Source: Candidatus Thermofontivivens primus (GTDB lineage: Bacteria > Sysuimicrobiota > Sysuimicrobiia > Sysuimicrobiales > Thermofontiviventaceae). Taken from it: a stretch of 19,523 nucleotides of DNA. Of the stretch, positions 8,987 through 14,662 are shown in pieces. The position numbers and the translations under genes were made by a program. The notes under the pieces were generated by a model, which was given only the letters and a program-made list of their open reading frames with translations, ran no database searches and was not told the DNA's origin. The stretch's first letter is position 1, and the number at the start of each line of letters is the position of its first letter. Location: contig JAVKJW010000038.1 of the NCBI GenBank assembly GCA_031458695.1, positions 1 to 19,523 on the forward strand, given 5' to 3'.

Positions 8987-10066
8987 ATGTCCACGGTCCC
9001 TCCACCAGAGGTCGGTTCGCTTGAGGGTGTAGCGACAAAGCCCCGGAGCCGCAGTACCACGCCTCCTTTTCCTGTTACCGGCCGTCAGAAGGCAGCCATC
9101 TTTCTCGTAGCCCTGGGGAGCGAGCTTTCCGCCGAGGTGATGAAGCACCTCCGGGAAGATGAAATTGAGGAGCTGACCTACCAGATCGCGAACCTCCAGA
9201 GGGTGTCCACGGAGCAGCGGGACTTGATCTTCCGGGAAGCTCTGCAGATCCTTCTCGCCCACCATTACGTCTCCCAGGGAGGCATTACCTATGCCCAGGA
9301 GGTCCTGGAGCGTGCCCTAGGACCACAACGTGCTCAGGAGATCATCGCCAGGTTGTCCGCAGCCTTACAGGTAAGCCCCTTTGACGATCTCCGCCGGATG
9401 GACCCCCTGCAGCTTGTCTCCCTCATCCAGAACGAGCATCCCCAGACCATCGCCCTCATCCTTGCCTATCTGAGGCCACACCAAGCTGCGGTGGTTCTCT
9501 CCTCCCTTCCTGCGGAGCTGCAGGTGGACGTGGCCATGCGCCTTGCCGTGATGGACCGGACCACCCCGGAGGTGGTACGGGAGGTGGAAAACGCCCTAGC
9601 TCAAAAGGTGGCGGCACTGCCGGCACAGGAGTACACCGCAGTGGGGGGCGTGAAGGCGCTGGTGGACATCATCAACAACACCGACCGGGGGACAGAGAAG
9701 ACCATCCTGGAGGCGCTGGAGGCGCAGAATCCGGAGCTCGCGCAGGAAGTGAAGAAGCTCATGTTCGTGTTTGAGGATCTGTTGAACCTGGACGACCGCG
9801 CGATCCAGCAGGTGCTGCGGGCGGTGGACAGCAAGGATTTGGCCCTGGCCATGAAGGGGGCGAGCCCGGAGCTGCGGCAGAAGATCTTCTCCAACATGAG
9901 CCAGAGGGCTGCGGAGATGCTGAAAGAGGACATGGAGTTCATGGGGCCGGTGCGCCGCAGGGACGTGGAGGAGGCGCAGCAGCGGATTGTGAACGTGGTG
10001 CGCAAGCTCGAGGAGAGCGGGGACATCGTCATCGCCCGCGGAGGGGCAGAGGAACTGGTGATCTAA
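8987..10066 (+). CDS. fliG: Flagellar motor switch protein FliG
   Basis: TGRQKAAIFL, QGGITYA, EHPQTIALIL, GGVKAL, MFVFEDL and MGPVRRRDVEEAQQRIV motifs. Confidence 0.96.
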   Translation: MSTVPPPEVGSLEGVATKPRSRSTTPPFPVTGRQKAAIFLVALGSELSAEVMKHLREDEIEELTYQIANLQRVSTEQRDLIFREALQILLAHHYVSQGGITYAQEVLERALGPQRAQEIIARLSAALQVSPFDDLRRMDPLQLVSLIQNEHPQTIALILAYLRPHQAAVVLSSLPAELQVDVAMRLAVMDRTTPEVVREVENALAQKVAALPAQEYTAVGGVKALVDIINNTDRGTEKTILEALEAQNPELAQEVKKLMFVFEDLLNLDDRAIQQVLRAVDSKDLALAMKGASPELRQKIFSNMSQRAAEMLKEDMEFMGPVRRRDVEEAQQRIVNVVRKLEESGDIVIARGGAEELVI

Positions 10067-10144
10067 ATATCGCCGCGAGCCCGATCAGTAGACCCAACCA
10101 GCAACTCAGACACAACGCCGGTGTTATCCGTCGTGGCGGTGCGG

Positions 10145-10759
10145 TCAGCTCTTGTCTGGTAAGCGAGCGGCCGGGTCGGAGGCAGGCAGAACCTCCCGAA
10201 ATTCTGGCCGCCGCTTCCACTGTGGTATCGGCGGTGTGTGACCCTCGCGTGGCGCATATACAGAATGCTCAGCGAGCTGCATCTTGTGAATGTAGCGAGG
10301 GCAATTCGGGAAGATGGCTTCGACTTTCACGCGCACGACCAGTTGTGCGCCAACAAACTCGGGTAGCAAGGGATCGTCGTGGTGAAGAGTCGCTAGGCCG
10401 TTCACTCGCAAGCGCTTGGGATTCTCGAAGTCGATGAATAGCAAGCCAACGTGCGGGTTGACTAAGATGTTGCCTAGGCTCTTAAACATACCGTTGCCAT
10501 CGTAACTTGGGAATGCAAGCGTTTTTGGATCGACTACGCGGACGAAACCGGGAAGCCCGCCTTTGTACGAGCAGTCCGGTCGCCCCTCAGCATCGGCCGT
10601 ACCAAGGAAGAAGAAAGAGCGGCTCTCGATGAATATGCGGTCAGCGTCCGTAAATGTGTCGTGCGCGAGGACTTCAGCCAAGCGATCGGCAAGCTTTCTC
10701 GTGTCGAAGCGATCCTGGAGTTGGCGTGAGCCATCGTGATACAGCAAGTTGTTCATCAT
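10145..10759 (-). CDS. Pyridoxamine 5'-phosphate oxidase-like FMN-binding protein
   Basis: FFFLGTAD..GRPDCSYKGG.PGFV, FPSYDGNGMF.SLGNI..NPHVGLLFIDF and FPNCPRYIH. Start 10759/10756 follows AGGAGG; an alternative start at 10789 overlaps the cupin stop (ATGA). Confidence 0.88.
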   Translation of the reverse strand: MMNNLLYHDGSRQLQDRFDTRKLADRLAEVLAHDTFTDADRIFIESRSFFFLGTADAEGRPDCSYKGGLPGFVRVVDPKTLAFPSYDGNGMFKSLGNILVNPHVGLLFIDFENPKRLRVNGLATLHHDDPLLPEFVGAQLVVRVKVEAIFPNCPRYIHKMQLAEHSVYAPREGHTPPIPQWKRRPEFREVLPASDPAARLPDKS

Positions 10760-10785
10760 GGGCCCCTCCTGCTGCAGTAGCATAC

Positions 10786-11142
10786 TCATTTTTGTCGCGT
10801 GACCGCGTCCGCGAGTTCGATCAACACGTTGGGTTCATCGCCAACAACCCAAGCGTCATGTCCAGGCTGCATGGTCGCCACATCCCCTGGACCGAATTCC
10901 ATCTCGGTGCCGTCGTTCATTCGGACGCGTTGACGCCCGGATAGAAAGATCTTAACGTGAAACTTCTGACAACTCTCTCCACCCACTACTGGTTTGACGT
11001 GTGTGGACCATCGCCATCCGGGCTCCAGGGTTTCACGATAGAATGTCAACCCTCCGATCCTCACCACTTCGATTTTGCCCTTCTCAAACGGCCTTCTCGT
11101 CTCGTCGGGCGATGCAAAGTTCTTCCCCTCGATGCTTGCCAT
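10786..11142 (-). CDS. Cupin domain protein
   Basis: EPGWRWS.HVKP..G.ESCQ..H and GPGD....PGHDAWVVGDEP cupin motifs; AAGGAGGT RBS. Confidence 0.9.
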   Translation of the reverse strand: MASIEGKNFASPDETRRPFEKGKIEVVRIGGLTFYRETLEPGWRWSTHVKPVVGGESCQKFHVKIFLSGRQRVRMNDGTEMEFGPGDVATMQPGHDAWVVGDEPNVLIELADAVTRQK

Positions 11143-11191
11143 GAGCCACCTCCTTCTCGTTGCGGTTTGCGGTGTTCTTCATGAGCAGAGT

Positions 11192-12016
11192 TCAGGGCTT
11201 TCTGGCCGAAAAGATCACCGACCGGGCCACCTTCGGCTGGCGTTCCGGGGGGATCAGTCGCCGCATCAGCGCGATCAGGTCCGGCGTGAACAGGGGGTAC
11301 TGCTCACACTCGTCCACGCCATACGGCAACTCCTCCCCACGCTGGATCTCCGCGAACCCGATCTTCTGCAGTTTACTGACGAAGACCCGCTCCGCCAGGG
11401 CGCCGGAGATTCACCCCGCCCAGGCCGCGGGGCTGGTCAGGATCTCCGTGGGGAGGTCCTCGTCCACCACGATGTCGGCAACGACCATGCGCCCGCCAGG
11501 ACGCAGGATGCGGAAGACCTCCGCAAACACCCGGGACTTTCGCGGTGAGAGGTTGACCACGCCATTGCTGATGACAACGTCCACGCTCTCATTTGGCAGA
11601 GGAATCGCCTCTATCTCTCCATGAAGCCACTCTACATTTTGTACGCCGGCTTCTGTGGCGTTGCGCGCAGCGACCTCCAGCATCTCCGGCAGCATGTCCA
11701 GCCCGATGGCTTTCCCGCTTGGAGCCACCGCATGTGCGGCGAGGATGGTATCAATGCCGCCGCCACACCCCAGGTCGATGACGACCTCTCCCGGCCGCAG
11801 CCCGGCGGCGCGGACGGGGTTTCCCACACCCAGCGCCTGCTCGATCACCCCTCGCGGCAGCAGGGCCAGTTGTCCGGGATCATATAGACGCCCAGCGACG
11901 GTGCTCTTCGTCCCAATCACCGCCCGGTAGGCTTCGCGGACCAGACCTTTGATGGCCTCCTGCCCCATCAGGTCTTCGCTGGTCGGGGCGACGGGATGGA
12001 TCGTCTGGTCACTCAT
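11192..12016 (-). CDS. ArsM/AS3MT-like SAM-dependent methyltransferase, predicted selenoprotein (Sec202 = TGA at 11413-11411), 274 aa
   Basis: [20 protein letters not shown] and [13 protein letters not shown], then WAG-TGA-ISGAL matching ArsM WxGCIxGAL. The frame stays open 72 aa further to ...[11 protein letters not shown] at 11194-11192. SECIS-like hairpin 12 nt after the UGA. Confidence 0.85.
11376..11398 (-). promoter_or_regulatory. Putative bacterial SECIS element
   Basis: mRNA after UGA: 12-nt spacer AUCUCCGGCGCC, then CUGGCGGAG-CGGGU-CUUCGUCAG, a 9-bp stem (2 G-U pairs) with a G-rich 5-nt apical loop. Confidence 0.7.
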
Positions 12017-12251
12017 GACTGCCCTCCAGCTCTTTCAGCAAGGCTTCCAGTCTCACACGCGTTTCGGGAGGCGTCTCCACCACGCCGGCCGTCCGTCTCA
12101 GCAAACCCCGGATCTGCCTAGCAAACTCTAGCTCACCGCAGCAGTGCCGACAGAGACCTAGGTGGGCTTCCAGATCCTGCTCTTCCACTCGGTCGAGGTT
12201 GCGGTCCAGATAGTCCCACAGCAGGTCTACGGCTTCCTTGCAGCTCATCAT
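12009..12251 (-). CDS. Zinc-binding anti-sigma factor (ZAS, zf-HC2; RsrA/RshA-like), soluble, 80 aa
   Basis: C..AVDLLWDYLD...HLGLCRHCC (HxxxCxxC). ATG 12251 overlaps the sigma stop (ATGA) and follows AGGAGG. No TM segment. Confidence 0.9.
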   Translation of the reverse strand: MMSCKEAVDLLWDYLDRNLDRVEEQDLEAHLGLCRHCCGELEFARQIRGLLRRTAGVVETPPETRVRLEALLKELEGSHE

Positions 12252-12835
12252 ATGCGCGCCTCCTGGTGCGATGTGAGGAGTCCATTGCGGTTCGCGTATT
12301 CCCACAGCTCACGTTCCAGTTGCTTGCGGCCCCGGCGGAGCCAAGCCAGAACTGTACCGAGTGGAGCGTTGGTGATCTCGGCAATCTCCCGGGCCTTGTA
12401 GCCGTACACGTAGGCCAGGATTAGGACAATGCGATGGGACGGATGGATTCCCGCCAGGACCTCAAGTATTTTTGCATCGTAGAACAACTCAAGGAAATCC
12501 AGGTGGACACGGTCAGAGTACGGAAAGGGATCTTCTTCCACGATGGTGTCAAAGAGGTCGAACTCCTCGTGCACGCTGACCATATCGTGCTTGCGGGTGT
12601 CGCGCAGACTGTCGTAGAAGGCGGTGGTCAACACGCGGGTTAACCACAGCCGGGGCCGCTCGCGGTTACGTAGCCCAGCAAAGCCGCGAAATGCCCGGAT
12701 CAGCGCGTCCTGGACGAGGTCCTCTGCGTCTGCGTGGTTGCCCGTGAGCCGTACGGCGAGGGCATACATGTACTCGAGATAGGGCCGGACGACCTCTTCG
12801 AACCCCTGATGCGGTCCCTCCAATGACCCGCTCAC
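12248..12835 (-). CDS. ECF RNA polymerase sigma factor (SigR/SigH-like)
   Basis: Region 2 LTGNHADAEDLVQDALIRAF...WL; region 4 GYKAREIAEI...PLGTVLAWLRRGRKQL; C-terminal LWEYA...G resembles SigR/SigH. Confidence 0.92.
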   Translation of the reverse strand: MSGSLEGPHQGFEEVVRPYLEYMYALAVRLTGNHADAEDLVQDALIRAFRGFAGLRNRERPRLWLTRVLTTAFYDSLRDTRKHDMVSVHEEFDLFDTIVEEDPFPYSDRVHLDFLELFYDAKILEVLAGIHPSHRIVLILAYVYGYKAREIAEITNAPLGTVLAWLRRGRKQLERELWEYANRNGLLTSHQEARI

Positions 12836-12862
12836 TTCCTCCCCCCACCGGTCTGACTTCTA

Positions 12863-12883
12863 TTACAAAAGAGACTTTTGTAA
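12863..12883. promoter_or_regulatory. AT-rich perfect inverted repeat, candidate operator upstream of the ECF cluster
   Basis: TTACAAAAG-AGA-CTTTTGTAA (9-bp arms), 27 nt upstream of the sigma GTG start. Confidence 0.5.
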
Positions 12884-12959
12884 GTCGAAATTATTGCATC
12901 GGTCGCAACTTTCGCCGAATCGCGGGCCGTGAGAACGTAGGATGCGGTGAGTTCAATCC

Positions 12960-14054
12960 TCAGCGAGAGGGGAGGCGGATGCGGAGGAGGCGATCGTCGT
13001 CCGGTGCGGGTGCACCACGGCCGTCCCGGTTACTGGTGAGGACGTAGAGTGCGCCATCCGGCCCCTCCACGACATCCCGGAGCCGTCCGAACCTACCCCT
13101 GTAAAGTTCGTCGTGCCGCCCCACTCTCTGCCCGCCATTTTGGAGCGTCACCCGGTGAAGTGCCTGTCCCCGTAAGGCAGTGAAAAACAGCGTGCCGCGC
13201 CAGACGCCGCGGGTAGCAAAGGCGGCTCCGGAGGGCGCCCAGGTATCGTTCTGGCTCTCTAGGATGGGTGAGACAAACCGCTGGTCCTGGCTATAGCCGA
13301 CGACCTCGGGCCATCCGTAGTTTTTCCCCTTCTGGACCAAATTGACCTCATCATGACAGCAAAGCCCGCGTTCCCCGCTGGGCCCATGTTCGGTCGCGTA
13401 GAGGGCGCCCGTTTCCGGGTGCCAAGCAAGCCCCTGTGGGTTGCGGTGGCCGTAGGAATAGACCGGGGATCCGGGGAAAGGATTGTCGGTAGGGATGGAG
13501 CCGTCGGGGTTTACCCGCAAGATCTTCCCAGCGAGAGATGTCCTGTCCTGAGCAAGAGAAGGGTTTCGAGCGTCGCCAGTGGTAACGTAGAGCTTCCCAT
13601 CTGGGCCGAATTTGATGCGCCCCCCATCATGCACGAACGCCCCGGGGATGCCGTCAATGATCACCCGGTCCACCACCCCTTGACCACCACGTTCGACCAG
13701 GCGCACAACCCGGTTCCATAGTTGGCTGTCCCTCTGGTAGGTATAGTACACGTATACATAGGAGGTGCGGCTGAACTCGGGGGAGAGGGCTAACCCAAGG
13801 AGCCCGCCTTCCCCCACGTGGGCTACAGGAAGGGTCGCCCAAGGCCTCGGGTCAAGGCGGCCGTCGCGGACAATACGGATCCTCCCCGGCCGCTCGGTGA
13901 GGAAGATCCTCCCGTCTGGTGCAAAGTCCAGCGCCCAGGGGATCTCCAGGTTGCGCACCAAGACTTCTACCTGTGGTTCCTCTTGTGGAGCTGCATCTAG
14001 AGATATGGGAAGCAGCAGAAGGACCCCACATAGGAATAAGAAGATCTTCTTCAT
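12960..14054 (-). CDS. PQQ-dependent sugar (glucose/sorbosone) dehydrogenase, secreted, YliI-like
   Basis: Signal peptide MKKIFLFL...; motifs PWALDFAPDG, GEGGLLG, HDGGRIKFGPDG, YGHRNPQGL, EHGP and FGRLRDV. Confidence 0.93.
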   Translation of the reverse strand: MKKIFLFLCGVLLLLPISLDAAPQEEPQVEVLVRNLEIPWALDFAPDGRIFLTERPGRIRIVRDGRLDPRPWATLPVAHVGEGGLLGLALSPEFSRTSYVYVYYTYQRDSQLWNRVVRLVERGGQGVVDRVIIDGIPGAFVHDGGRIKFGPDGKLYVTTGDARNPSLAQDRTSLAGKILRVNPDGSIPTDNPFPGSPVYSYGHRNPQGLAWHPETGALYATEHGPSGERGLCCHDEVNLVQKGKNYGWPEVVGYSQDQRFVSPILESQNDTWAPSGAAFATRGVWRGTLFFTALRGQALHRVTLQNGGQRVGRHDELYRGRFGRLRDVVEGPDGALYVLTSNRDGRGAPAPDDDRLLRIRLPSR

Positions 14055-14093
14055 CCACTACCTCAGCCCAGAAGATTTTGCACAACGTCTCGC

Positions 14094-14127
14094 CACTGGC
14101 GACTGGGACCTGGCAACTGGCATTGGC
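14094..14127. repeat. Degenerate 7-bp tandem repeat (CACTGGC GACTGGG ACCTGGC AACTGGC ATTGGC)
   Basis: Read directly from the sequence; it abuts and overlaps the CCA end of the tRNA-like element. Confidence 0.6.
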
Positions 14128-14233
14128 GCGCCCGGCCGGAATCGAACCGGCGGCCGTCGCTCGCGACGCCCTCTCGGGCTGCTCGCTCCTCCTAGGGGTG
14201 GCCGCGGCTTACGCCGCTACCCCTAGGACGCGC
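14124..14233 (-). other. tRNA-like structured element / tRNA-Arg 3'-half pseudogene with GNRA hairpins
   Basis: Ends GGCC-GCCGG-TTCGATT-CCGGC-CGGGCGC-GCCA (intact T arm, acceptor 3' strand, CCA). Upstream are hairpins GCCC-GAGA-GGGC, CGTCG-CGAG-CGACG and TCCTAGGGGT..GCGGC-GTAA-GCCGC..ACCCCTAGGA. No D arm or anticodon arm. Confidence 0.6.
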
Positions 14234-14361
14234 ACAAAGCAGCGCTGTCACCCCATTCGGTACAGTGGGGGAGTCCCTCCCCCACATCCCCCTCAGGTCG
14301 TGGGTTCTCTCCTCTCCCCGAGAAGGTACCACAGAGCACCCTTGGGTCCACGTAGAATCCT

Positions 14362-14438
14362 TGGCGCGCCCGGCGGGACTTGAACCCACGACCTTGGGCT
14401 CCGCAGGCCCACGCTCTATCCAGCTGAGCTACGGGCGC
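14362..14438 (-). tRNA. tRNA-Arg (anticodon GCG)
   Basis: GCGCCCGTAGCTCAGCTGGATAGAGCG-TGGGC-CTGCGGA-GCCCA-AGGTC-GTGGG-TTCAAGT-CCCGC-CGGGCGC-GCCA, 77 nt. Confidence 0.95.
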
Positions 14439-14449
14439 GTCCTAGGGTC

Positions 14450-14478
14450 ATTCTACCAAGGAGCGTCGGAGTAGTAAA
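14450..14478 (-). promoter_or_regulatory. Putative sigma70 promoter for tRNA-Arg
   Basis: TTTACT-N17-TAGAAT with extended -10 (TGgTAGAAT), 11 nt upstream of the mature 5' end. Confidence 0.55.
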
Positions 14479-14498
14479 GGCACACCGGAGTTCGAAAC

Positions 14499-14592
14499 TG
14501 GCGGTGGGGGTGGGATTCGAACCCACGGAGCAGGTTTTCGCCCGCTCAGCCGCTTAGCAGGCGGCTACCTTCAACCACTCGGTCACCCCACC
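14499..14592 (-). tRNA. tRNA-Ser (anticodon GCT)
   Basis: GGTGGGG/CCCCACC acceptor stem, GCCGC-CTGCTAA-GCGGC anticodon arm, long variable arm, GTGGG-TTCGAAT-CCCAC T arm, GCCA end. Confidence 0.96.
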
Positions 14593-14634
14593 TTATCGAG
14601 GGTCTATTCCTGCGGGGATGCGATCCGTGGCTCT

Positions 14635-14662
14635 ATGGTAGCATATCCTCTGCCCATGTCAA
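14635..14662 (-). promoter_or_regulatory. Putative sigma70 promoter for the tRNA-Ser(GCT)/tRNA-Arg cluster
   Basis: TTGACA-N16-TACCAT with extended TGc. The -35 box overlaps the M20 peptidase stop codon. Confidence 0.7.

Noticed and set aside
10090..10135. attC- or Xer-like site (CACAAC...GTTATCCG) at the edge of the ECF cluster
   Set aside because: Weak symmetry, single copy, no recombinase in the window and no matching site at the other edge.
11411..12016. 201-aa methyltransferase as a complete gene or nonsense pseudogene
   Set aside because: The TGA aligns with a conserved Cys, the downstream frame is intact, and a SECIS-like hairpin follows.
12932..12956. GAAC...CGTT ECF promoter on the minus strand
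   Set aside because: The 13-nt spacer is too short for ECF promoters.
14124..14233. tRNA-like element as tRNA-Sec serving the selenoprotein
   Set aside because: No UCA anticodon loop and no extended acceptor or D stem; its 3' end matches tRNA-Arg.
14123..14374. 14-bp direct repeat as attL/attR of an intact prophage or island
   Set aside because: The copies are only 238 bp apart, with no integrase or credible ORF between them; at most a remnant.
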